A DNA stretch of 64,000 bases from an uncultured Actinomycetota bacterium (GTDB lineage: Bacteria > Actinomycetota > Actinomycetes > Propionibacteriales > Nocardioidaceae). Positions 32,386-41,711 of this stretch are shown piece by piece. A model generated the notes under the pieces. That model searched no databases, was not told where the DNA came from, and worked only from the letters and a program-made list of their open reading frames with translations. The number at the start of each line of letters is the position of its first letter. Position 1 is the stretch's first letter. The stretch covers positions 1,350 to 65,349 of the forward strand of contig CAWCGY010000038.1 of assembly GCA_963795155.1 (NCBI GenBank). The letters run 5' to 3'. Made by a program: the position numbers and the translations under genes.

Positions 32386-33315
32386 CTAGCGACGGCGTAC
32401 GGCGCGCCGCGCGACCTTTCTCACTTTCGAGACCGGCCCCCCTGGCCGCAGCGTGGCGTTCTCGTTCTGCAACCGGGCTACGTCCTTGGCCAGTCGACGG
32501 GCCTCCCGACGGTTCGCGACCAGCTCCACGCGCAGCCTCACCATCTCCGCGAGCATCGCGTCCAGGGTGCGGGTCAGGCTGGTGGGCGACTCGTCGAGCG
32601 GCGCGGGGACGGCCGACCGCGGGGATGAGCGGACGATCCACACCATCTGATGAGGTCCGAGCCGCAGCCAGTTGCACATGTCCTCGCCCAGCAACGAACG
32701 CGGGGTGACCCTCTGGAACGCCAGCCCCGCCTCGACCATCCTGTCCTCGAAGTCGTCGCCGTAGTAACGGACGTGGTCGGCCTGCCCGAATCGCCGGATC
32801 CGCTCCTCCTCCGGGGCGTCGGGGTCCTCATCGGTGACCGTGCCCGGCCGGAACGGCACCTGCACGAGCGCCAGGCCGCCGGGTGAGAGCACGCGGGCCA
32901 TCTCTCGCATGGCGGCGCGGTCATCAGGGATGTGCTCGAGCACGTGGTAGCACACCATCAGGTCGACGCTGTCGTCTCGCAGCGGCACCTCGGTCAGGCT
33001 GCCCAGCACGTCGACCAATCGGTTGTCGGCGCCGAGGTCGAACTTCAGGTGCAGCTTCGCCCCCAGCTCGGCGAGCAGAGGAGAGGTCTCCGGCGAGGGC
33101 GCGACGTCGAGCAGGACATTCAGGTCGTCGATGACCGGATCGAGGACGCTGAGCAGGATCGTGAAGAACCGGTGCCGGTCCAGGCTCTTGCACTTCGGGC
33201 AGGAAGCATTCGGGCGTCCGCCCGGTCCCGGCCGGAACTCGCTTCGCACGACGTTGTGGCAGATCGGGCAGTAGCGGCGCGGATAGTCGTCGAGCGTCTC
33301 GTCGCTGGGGGTCAT
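32386..33315 (-). CDS. Class I SAM methyltransferase with N-terminal CxxC...CxxC and C-terminal coiled coil
   Basis: CPIC...CPKC, HVLEHIPDD, FGQADHVRYYG. Confidence 0.85.
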   Translation of the reverse strand: MTPSDETLDDYPRRYCPICHNVVRSEFRPGPGGRPNASCPKCKSLDRHRFFTILLSVLDPVIDDLNVLLDVAPSPETSPLLAELGAKLHLKFDLGADNRLVDVLGSLTEVPLRDDSVDLMVCYHVLEHIPDDRAAMREMARVLSPGGLALVQVPFRPGTVTDEDPDAPEEERIRRFGQADHVRYYGDDFEDRMVEAGLAFQRVTPRSLLGEDMCNWLRLGPHQMVWIVRSSPRSAVPAPLDESPTSLTRTLDAMLAEMVRLRVELVANRREARRLAKDVARLQNENATLRPGGPVSKVRKVARRAVRRR

Positions 33316-33770
33316 GCAGGTCCGGTCCGTAGCAGGGGCGTGACGGCCGATCGAATCACATCGGGCAGTGGCGTGACCGCTCGCGCCGGATCGCGGTTGT
33401 CGACGTACACGTGCACGAAGCGGCCCTCCGCCGCTGCCTCGGCCCCCTCTTCGTCGGGATCGCCCTGGAACAGGCCGATCCGGTAGATGACCGAGGAGGT
33501 GCCGACCTTGTCGACGACCAGACCCATCTCGACCGGTCGTGGGTAGCCGATCTCACGGAAGTAGCGGCAGGACACCTCGGCTACCACCCCGACGGCCGGC
33601 AGGGACCGGATGTCGACGCCGGTGGCCTCGGCCAGGTGCACGTTGACGGCCGTGTCGATCAGCTCGAAGTAGCGGGCATTGTTCATGTGGCCGTACACGT
33701 CGTCGTCGGCCCACCGCGTGGTGGCGGTGCGCCAGGCCACGTACGCCGAGCGCCGGGGGCGCTCGCTCAT
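33312..33770 (-). CDS. Acyl-CoA thioesterase (hotdog fold)
   Basis: RWADDDVYGHMNNARY. Confidence 0.9.
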   Translation of the reverse strand: MSERPRRSAYVAWRTATTRWADDDVYGHMNNARYFELIDTAVNVHLAEATGVDIRSLPAVGVVAEVSCRYFREIGYPRPVEMGLVVDKVGTSSVIYRIGLFQGDPDEEGAEAAAEGRFVHVYVDNRDPARAVTPLPDVIRSAVTPLLRTGPA

Positions 33771-36700
33771 GCTTGCGCGTGCTCGCGGAGCCGCTGGCTG
33801 ATCACTGCGCTGACACCGTCGCCGCGCATGGTGACGCCATAAAGGGCGTCACCCACCTCCATCGTCCGCTTCTGGTGGGTGATCACGATCAGCTGCGAGG
33901 TCTCGCGGAGCTCCTCGTAGATCTCCAGCAGCCGGCCGAGGTTGGTGTCGTCGAGCGCCGCCTCGACCTCGTCGAGGATGTAGAACGGCGACGGCCGCGC
34001 CTTGAAGAGCGCCACCAGGAACGCCACAGCCACCAGCGAACGTTCGCCGCCGGAGAGCAACGAGAGCCGCTTGATCTTCTTGCCCGGCGGGCGGGCCTCC
34101 ACCTCGACACCGCTGCCGAGCATGTCGGTCGGATCGGTCAGGATGAGCCGACCCTCGCCGCCCGGGAACAACCGCGCGAAGACCGAGTCAAAAGCCTTGC
34201 TGACATCCGCGAACGCCTCGGTGAAGACCTGCTCCACCCGGGCGTCGACCTCCCGGACGATGTCCATCAGGTCCTTGCGGGTCTTCCGCAGGTCCTCGAG
34301 CTGTTCGGTGAGGAACTTGTGGCGCTCCTCCATCGCGGAGTACTCCTCCAACGCCAAGGGGTTGACCCGGCCGAGCATCGCCAGGTTGCGCTCGGCGGCG
34401 CGTAGACGCTTCTGCTGCTCCTCCCGCACGAACGGCACTGGCCCAGGTGGCTCCGCGCCGTCGGGTACGTCCCCCTGGCCCACCACCACGTTCTGCGGGA
34501 TCAGGACGTCCGGACCGTAGTCGCTCACCAGCCCGGCGGGGTCGAGGCCGAGCTCCTCGAGCGCTCGCTCCTCCAGCTGCTCGATCCGCATCCGCTGCTG
34601 AGTGCGCGCCATCTCGTCACGGTGCACGGAGTTGACCAGCTCGTCGTGCTCACGCCCGAGCTCGCGGAGCGTCGCCCGCACCGCCAGCAGCTCCTGCTCG
34701 CGTCCGCTGCGCGCCTGCTCGACCGCTGTCCTCGCCTCGCCGGCCAGGTGGATGGAGACCTCCAGCCGCTGCAGCACGTAAGCAACCGCGGTGCCGACCG
34801 CCTCGGCGGTGCGACCCTCGCGCAACAGTCGGGCCCGGCGTTCGGCCGCCTTGGCCCGCGCATCGCGCTCGGCCTGCGCTGCCCGGACCAGGGAGTCCAC
34901 CCGGCCGTGCAAGGCGCGGGCCCGCTCCTCCGAGGTGCGCAGCGAGAGCCGGGCATCCATCTCGTTCTGGCGGGCCTGCTTGGCCACGTCGGCAAGTTGT
35001 TGGACGTCGGTGGTGTCGGGGTCTTCGTCCGGTGCGTCCTCGGCGCTGGCGAGTCGGGACTCGAGATCGGCCAGGCCGGCAAGGTCCTGCTCGCGGGCGG
35101 CCGCAGCCTTGTCGATCGCCACGGTCAGCCGATCCGCCTCCCCCCGCGCGGAGCGCGACTGGGAGTGGTGCTGACCCAGCTCCTCTGCCACTGCGGCCAA
35201 CGTGGCATCGGATTCATGCAGCTTCGCCAGCGCGACGTCGACCCGCTGCTGGGCGTCGAGGCGTTCGCTCTCCAGCCGAGACATGTCGAAGCCGAGCCGC
35301 TCGCTGGCGGCCACGGCCTCGGCGAGCGAGGCCTCGGCCTCGTCGACCGCGGCCTGGATCTCGATCAGGCTCTGCTGACCGGTCGACCCTCCCGCGGCGA
35401 AGTGGGAGCCGAGCAGGTCGCCCTCCCGGGTGACCGCGGTGACGTCGGGCAGCTGGCTGACCAGGCTCGTGGCGGCGTCGAGGTCGTCGACGACCGCAGT
35501 CTTGAAGAGAAGGCGTGTCAGTGCCGACCGCAGATGATCAGGGCACTCCACCAGGCTGACGGCGTACGCCGCGCGCTCGGGGAGAGCCGGCCAGTCCTGG
35601 TCGGTGACATTGCCGCCACCGAGCAGCAACCCGGCACGCCCGAGGTCGTCGTTCTTGAGGTGGCGCGATCGCCGCCACGGCCGCATCGGTATCGGTCACG
35701 GCGACCGCGTCGGCGGCCGAGCCGAGGGCACTGGCGACCGCGACCTGGTAGCCCGGGCGCACGGTGAGCAGGGCGGCCACCGAGCCGAGGAGACCCGAGA
35801 CGGAGTCGGACGCCGCGAGCAACGCCCCCACGCCGTCCTTGCGGTTGAGACCCATCTCCAGGGCGTCCTTGCGGGCGCCGAGCGCGGACCGGTCGCGGTC
35901 TGCCTGCTGGGCCTCGTCGCGGGCCTTGGTCAGCCGGTCCTCGATGTCAGAGAGTGCAGCAACCGCGGCCTCGTGCTCGGCGTCGAGCCCTTCCTCACCG
36001 GCATCCAGGCCGGCGACCTTGGTCTCCAGGGACGTGAACTCGCGTTGGGCCCGGTCGGCCCGAGCCACCGCTTCCTCGCGGGCGATGCTCAGTCGGCCCA
36101 GCTCATCATCGGCTGCAGCGGCCCGAGACTTGAGCGCGTTGACCTGTCCGTGCAGCCGGGCCAAGCCCTCTCGTCGGTCCGCGGCGGCGCGTTGGAGCCC
36201 CGCCAGTCGGCGCTCCTCCGCTGCGGCGGCGTCCTCTGCGGCTCTGCGCGCCGAGACTGCCTCCTCTAGCGCAGTCCGCTGGTCAGCGGCCTCGGCCGCG
36301 ATGCGCTCCTCCTGGCCACGCACCTGCTCGGCCTCAGCATCGAGCTCGTCGGGGTCGCGACCTTGCTGGAGCTCGGTCTCGGTGACGCTGGCCGCGTTGC
36401 GTACCCGCTCCGTCGCCAGGCTCTGGGTGCCCCGGAGCCGCTCACGGACGCCGCCAAGGGCGTACTGCGTCTCCTGGGCCCGCGACAGCGCCGGCAGGTC
36501 CTCGCGCAGCGCCTCCTCGAGACGAGCCTCGCTCTCGCGTGCGGTAGCGACCTGTTGCTCGACCTGCTCGCGCCGCTCGACCAGGATCGACTCGTCGGCT
36601 AGCTCCGCCTCCAGCGCGGTACGGGCGGCGACCAGGTCGTCGGCCAGCAACCGGGCGCGGGAGTCGCGGGCGTCGGCCTGGACACTCGCAGCCTGACGGG

Positions 36701-37334
36701 CCACCTCAGCCTGGCGACCCAGTGGCTTGAGCTGACGGCGAATCTCGGTCAACAGGTCGTTGAGGCGGGTCAGGTTGCCGTCGCATGCGTCGAGCTTGCG
36801 GAGCGCCTTCTCCTTGCGCTTGCGGTGCTTGAGCACGCCGGCAGCTTCTTCGATGAAGCCACGCCGGTCCTCGGGCGTCGCGTGCAAGATGGTGTCGAGC
36901 TGCCCCTGGCCGACGATGACGTGCATCTCGCGACCGATGCCCGAGTCGCTGAGCAGCTCCTGCACGTCGAGGAGACGACACGGGTTGCCGTTGATGGCGT
37001 ACTCGGACCCACCACTGCGGAACATCGTGCGCCCGATGGTGACCTCGGCGTACTCGATCGGCAGCGCGCCGTCGCTGTTGTCGATGGTCAACAGCACCTC
37101 GGCGCGACCGAGCGGGGGGCGCCCGGAGGTGCCGGCGAAGATGACGTCCTCCATCTTGCCGCCGCGCAGGCTCTTCGCGCCCTGTTCGCCCATCACCCAC
37201 GCGAGCGCATCGACGACGTTGGACTTGCCCGAGCCGTTGGGACCGACGACGCACGTGATGCCCGGCTCGAGCTGCAGCGTGGTCGACGAGGCGAAGGACT
37301 TGAACCCCTTGAGGGTCAGGCTCTTCAGGTACAA
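33767..37334 (-). CDS. smc: Chromosome segregation protein SMC, +1 frameshift near 35662-35663
   Basis: GFKSF, GPNGSGKSN in ORF 35538-37334; LSGGE, LDEVEAALD in ORF 33767-35686. Confidence 0.93.
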
Positions 37335-37473
37335 GGCGAGACTCCATCAGGTCGCCGGACGACGCTGAAGCGCGTGCGCCGGATGACACACGACGCGGGG
37401 GAAGCTCAGCGGGATCACCCTACCTGCCGCCTCCGGCGGAATTGCGGACCCCCGGGCTGAACCATGCGTCGGT

Positions 37474-37575
37474 TTACTGGCGTGGGTGGAACTCGGTGGT
37501 GCGGTGGGCGAGGGTGTGGTGGTGGGGGCAGAGGAGTTGGCCGTTGGTGAGGCTGGTGTGGCCGTTTCTGCTCTC
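37474..37575 (-). pseudogene. 3'-terminal remnant of an HNH endonuclease (DUF222/13E12-repeat-like)
   Basis: SRNGHTSLTNGQLLCPHHHTLAH resembles the G.T.L.N..LLC..HH...H HNH signature; no N-terminal part present. Confidence 0.65.
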
Positions 37576-37600
37576 CACACGAGTGCTGGGCGCCGCGCGA

Positions 37601-39256
37601 CTACTGAACGTCGAGCTCCACGATCGTGACCGGGTTGTCGAACTCCGACGCGCGCAGCGACACCTGGGCCTGCCACTGCCCAGAAGCCGGGAACACCACG
37701 GAGGCCGTGTAGGTCCCGGCGCCAACGGGTGAGAGCACCAGTGAGCCGAGATCGACCGACGAGCTGTTGATCGAGACCTCCGGCGCGGCGAAGAGGTCGA
37801 GGGGCTCACCCGCTCGGTCCTGGATCTGCAGGGCAAGCGTGTTCGGCCCGCGGGTGCCGGGATCGAGGGTGATCAGCGCCTGATACTCCCCGACCCTTCC
37901 CTGCTCGACCCGGCCGGGAGCAGAGACTGCGGCGGCCGGTTCCACACCCGGAGACTGGTTGGTCAGGAAGCCAGTGACGCCGAGCACGGCGACCAGCAGC
38001 ACGGCCTCGAGCCGCACCGCTCGGCGTACGACACCGGCCGCTCGCTGCGTCTCCGCATGACCGACAGCGTCGCGGGCCCGCGGCAGCAGCCGCGTCCGGT
38101 TCCACAGCGCCACCGCCACCGCCACCGCGACGACGCAGAGCTTGATGATCAGCAGCCGCCCGTACGTCGTCCCGACGAGGCCGGACCACGAGCCGATGAT
38201 CCGCCAGGCCAGCAGCGTGCCCGAGACCACCAGCAGACCCAGCACCCCTGCGGCCACGCCCGAGAAGCGGGTCAGCACCTCGGCTGCGTCCCCTGCGCGT
38301 CCGGCAAGCGACGGCAAGGTCAGCACGAGCCCGACCAGCCCCCCGAGCCAGGTCGCACCCGCAGCGAGGTGAAGCCCGTCAGTGACGACCAGCAGTGCGA
38401 CCGGTTCGTATGCTCGGGTGTGGCCGATCACCGCCGGCGCGGCGATGGCGAGGGCAGCACCCAGCGTCGCGAAGTCTCGAGCGCGAGGCGCCAGGAGGCC
38501 GAGCACGAGGCCAACGCTGATGAGCCCCAGCACGACGAGGTTGTCGCCGACAAGCGCGAGATCGATTGCCTCGGCTCGCACAGCCCCCGAGAAACCGAGT
38601 CCCTGCTGATAGGCACCGTCCAGCGGGACCGCAGCCGCCCACGCGACGAGCGCCAGACCTGTCGCGGCCCGGTGGACCCGGACGATGAGGCCCCGGACAG
38701 CGGGCGAGAACCGCGCACCGCCCAGCACCCAACATTGAAAGACCACGAGTCCAGCGGCAATCAGCAAACCGACATAGCCCAGGGCCTGGACGATGCCGAC
38801 CACGGCCTTCATGGGTCCGCTGGCGTCGGCAGTTGCCACATCGGGCGCCACCACCGTCTTGCTCGCCGCACCGATCGAGAAGGTCAGCGACCCAGCAATT
38901 GGGTGACCGTCGGCCGAAACCACCCGATAGGTGACGACGTAGGTGCCGTCGTCGAGGTTGCCGATGAGGTCCGCGGTGACGACGAGGTCGACGGCAGAAG
39001 CCTCCGCCTCTATGGGCTCGCCGCGGGCATCGAAGACGAGGAGCCCTTGGTCGGTGAGCGAGACCCGCTCGTCGAAGGTGAACGTGACCACATCCGGAGC
39101 CTGGTCCAGCACCGCACCCTCCGGCGGGTCCGTGCTGACCAGGCTGGCGTGCGCGCTCGCCGGAGCCGCCGCCGCGGAGAGAGCCAACACGTGGAGGAGC
39201 GCGACCAGGCCCGCGACCACCAACAGGCGCCGCGAGCCTGACCGCGCGCTACTCAT
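37601..39256 (-). CDS. CopC-CopD fusion copper uptake protein
   Basis: Signal peptide then HASLVSTDP; VVSADGHP; multi-TM CopD region (GH..., HL..GATWLGG, YGRLL); C-terminal beta domain. Confidence 0.9.
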   Translation of the reverse strand: MSSARSGSRRLLVVAGLVALLHVLALSAAAAPASAHASLVSTDPPEGAVLDQAPDVVTFTFDERVSLTDQGLLVFDARGEPIEAEASAVDLVVTADLIGNLDDGTYVVTYRVVSADGHPIAGSLTFSIGAASKTVVAPDVATADASGPMKAVVGIVQALGYVGLLIAAGLVVFQCWVLGGARFSPAVRGLIVRVHRAATGLALVAWAAAVPLDGAYQQGLGFSGAVRAEAIDLALVGDNLVVLGLISVGLVLGLLAPRARDFATLGAALAIAAPAVIGHTRAYEPVALLVVTDGLHLAAGATWLGGLVGLVLTLPSLAGRAGDAAEVLTRFSGVAAGVLGLLVVSGTLLAWRIIGSWSGLVGTTYGRLLIIKLCVVAVAVAVALWNRTRLLPRARDAVGHAETQRAAGVVRRAVRLEAVLLVAVLGVTGFLTNQSPGVEPAAAVSAPGRVEQGRVGEYQALITLDPGTRGPNTLALQIQDRAGEPLDLFAAPEVSINSSSVDLGSLVLSPVGAGTYTASVVFPASGQWQAQVSLRASEFDNPVTIVELDVQ

Positions 39257-39957
39257 GTGTCGCGACGTGATCGGCCCAGCGCAACCATGGCGACCACGAG
39301 CCCGATCAGACCGGCAGCGAGTCCGGCCAGACCGAGTGCCACGTTGGTGTCGCTCTCGACCTCGACCGTCCGGGTCGACGGGGAGCCACTCGCCGTAACC
39401 GTGCCCCCGTCGGCGGTCTCAGCGACGATGGCGACCGTGGGCGCAGGGTGCGCCAGCTCTTCAGGGTCCTGGCCGTCAGCCGCTACCTCGGTCCAGGCAG
39501 TCTCGCCTTCGGCACACCTCTGGACGACCGGGAAGACAAGGGTCTCTCCGGGCGTCGCCGGCAGCTGTAGGGACAGCTCCATCGCCGCTCGATAGCCATC
39601 AGCAAGCGGCTCGTCGGCCGTATAGGAGACGACGCCGACGCGCTCGGTCACCGAGTTGCCGTGGGCGTCCTCGACCGGCTCGTCGAGCACGACCATCTGC
39701 TTCTCCACCTGCCAGCCGGTCAGCAGGGTCGGAGTGACCGACAAGATCGGCTCGGGGACCTGGATGTCGAGCGCCGTGGTCGGCGAACCCTCGCAACCAT
39801 GGCCGACGCTGAAGGTCAGCACCGTGTAGGCCCCGGCCTCAGCATCAGAAGGTGTGATGGTCACGTGGGCCGACGTCGGTGCCGCCGCCGAGAGGACGAC
39901 GAGCATTCCGGCTCCGGTGGCCGCGCCTAGGCGCGCGGCAGTAGTTCGATTGAGCAT
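39253..39957 (-). CDS. YcnI (DUF1775) copper-binding membrane protein
   Basis: SAHVT, VGHGCEGSPT, FPVVQRC..G..AW; C-terminal TM helix. Confidence 0.9.
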   Translation of the reverse strand: MLNRTTAARLGAATGAGMLVVLSAAAPTSAHVTITPSDAEAGAYTVLTFSVGHGCEGSPTTALDIQVPEPILSVTPTLLTGWQVEKQMVVLDEPVEDAHGNSVTERVGVVSYTADEPLADGYRAAMELSLQLPATPGETLVFPVVQRCAEGETAWTEVAADGQDPEELAHPAPTVAIVAETADGGTVTASGSPSTRTVEVESDTNVALGLAGLAAGLIGLVVAMVALGRSRRDT

Positions 39958-39997
39958 GGGGGTTCCTTCGTGGTTGGTGAAGTGTTCGTGGGCTCGG

Positions 39998-40540
39998 TCA
40001 GGCTGCAGACAGCGCGACCGGCGGTCCACGAAGCGGTACCACAACGAGCGGACGACGCAGCGGCAACACCGGCGCGACGTGCGCGACCGTCTGGCGCAGG
40101 GCGGGCGTGGGCAGCACACCGGCTTCGGCCCAGCTCAGCACGAGCTCTACCGCGCGCTGACGCAGGTGCCACACGAGGGCCGTGGCCAGCGCGCCGATCC
40201 CATGGGCCAGCACCATCTGCCAGGTCAGCTCGAGGTAAGTCCCGTGTCCGTGTCCAGCGTGAGGCGTCGGAGCCAGCACGACCAACCAGCTGTGCAGGAG
40301 GAACTGGCCCGCCGTCAGCGTCGGCACCGTCGCCCAGAGCGACACTCGTCCGCGCAGCGCGACGACACCGCCAAGGAAGACCAGCACAGCGGTGCCCGCC
40401 AGCCATCCGGCCGTCGGCAGCTCCCCGCCTGCCCACGTATGTGCGGTCACGAGCACCGTCATGATCTCGAGCGTCGCCAGGGCCGCGCGCAGGGTGACCC
40501 TGCGTTGCGGCAGCACCTGGATCGACAACACGGACCACAT
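39998..40540 (-). CDS. His-rich membrane leader protein with C-terminal RGPP motif
   Basis: TM segments with AHTWAGG, QFLLH, PHAGHGHG, MVLAH; ends LRGPPVALSAA; start codon uncertain. Confidence 0.75.
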   Translation of the reverse strand: MWSVLSIQVLPQRRVTLRAALATLEIMTVLVTAHTWAGGELPTAGWLAGTAVLVFLGGVVALRGRVSLWATVPTLTAGQFLLHSWLVVLAPTPHAGHGHGTYLELTWQMVLAHGIGALATALVWHLRQRAVELVLSWAEAGVLPTPALRQTVAHVAPVLPLRRPLVVVPLRGPPVALSAA

Positions 40541-40556
40541 CCTGTCAAAGGATGAA

Positions 40557-41711
40557 TCAGACGCGCACCAGGCCGCGCACCTCGAGTCTCGCCGATGGAG
40601 CGGCGAGCGAGCGCAGGTGGATGTTCTGCAGCAGTCCGATTGCGAGCAGGCCAGCGAACATCGAGCTACCGCCGTAGGACACGAACGGCAGGGGCACTCC
40701 GGTGACGGGCATGATGCCGAGGCACATGCCAATGTTCTGGAAGGCCTGGAATCCGAACCAGCAGGCGATGCCCGCAGCCGCGACCCGGCCGAAGACGTCC
40801 TCGGCACGACCAGCGATCACCAACGCACGCCAGAGCACGACGACCATGAGTGCGATCAGGAGTCCCGCACCGACCAGTCCGAGCTCCTCGCCGGCGACCG
40901 TGAACACGAAGTCCGTGTGCTGCTCAGGCACGAAACCCGACTGGGTCTGCGAACCGTCGAAGAGGCCCTGCCCGAAGATCCCGCCGTTGCCGACCGCTAT
41001 CCGGGCCTGCTCCACGTTGTAGCCAGCTCCCTGCGGGTCGAGGTCAGGGTTGGTGAACGCCAGGAAGCGATCGACTTGATAGTCCTGCAGGGCGCCGCTG
41101 GCAACCGCAGCCAGCGCGGCGGTCACTCCGCCGCCCACCAGGAGCGCCAACCAGCGTCTCGGGGCCCCGGCAGCGGCGAGCACCCCGAAGACCGTTGCCG
41201 ACAGCACCAGCATCGTGCCGAGATCCGGCTGCATCATGATCAGGACTGCGGGCCCGGACGCGATCGCCAGCATCAGGATCACCTCGGCGATCCCGACCTG
41301 GCCGCGCCAGCGGCCCTCGGCCCGCTCGGCCACAACCAGCGCCATGCCGATCACCACGGCGAGCTTGGCGAACTCCGATGGCTGGATGGACAGGCCGCCG
41401 AGCATCAGCCACGACCGCGACCCGTTGATCGTGGTGCCCATCGTCAGCACCAGCACCAGGCCGACCAACGACACCAGGTAGACCAGGGGGGCGACGATCC
41501 GCACCCACCGGTGGTCGGTCACCAGCACCACTGCCAGCAGCGCCAAGCCGATCACGATGTTGAGCACCTGTTTCCACAAGTACGCAGTGGGGTCGCCGTC
41601 GGTGAGGTCGTCGCGAGTGCTCGTCGCCGACCACACCAGCAACGACCCCAGCACGCTGAGGCCCAGCACGGCGGCCAGGAGCACCCAGTCGAGGGCGAGG
41701 ATGCGGCGCAT
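40557..41711 (-). CDS. rodA: Rod shape-determining protein RodA
   Basis: GSRSW, IQPSEFAK, QPDLGT, PEQHTDF, SYGGSS. Confidence 0.95.
   Translation of the reverse strand: MRRILALDWVLLAAVLGLSVLGSLLVWSATSTRDDLTDGDPTAYLWKQVLNIVIGLALLAVVLVTDHRWVRIVAPLVYLVSLVGLVLVLTMGTTINGSRSWLMLGGLSIQPSEFAKLAVVIGMALVVAERAEGRWRGQVGIAEVILMLAIASGPAVLIMMQPDLGTMLVLSATVFGVLAAAGAPRRWLALLVGGGVTAALAAVASGALQDYQVDRFLAFTNPDLDPQGAGYNVEQARIAVGNGGIFGQGLFDGSQTQSGFVPEQHTDFVFTVAGEELGLVGAGLLIALMVVVLWRALVIAGRAEDVFGRVAAAGIACWFGFQAFQNIGMCLGIMPVTGVPLPFVSYGGSSMFAGLLAIGLLQNIHLRSLAAPSARLEVRGLVRV

Noticed and set aside
35538-35686. Programmed frameshift in smc
   Set aside because: No slippery heptamer at the site; one extra base explains it, like the other four shifts.
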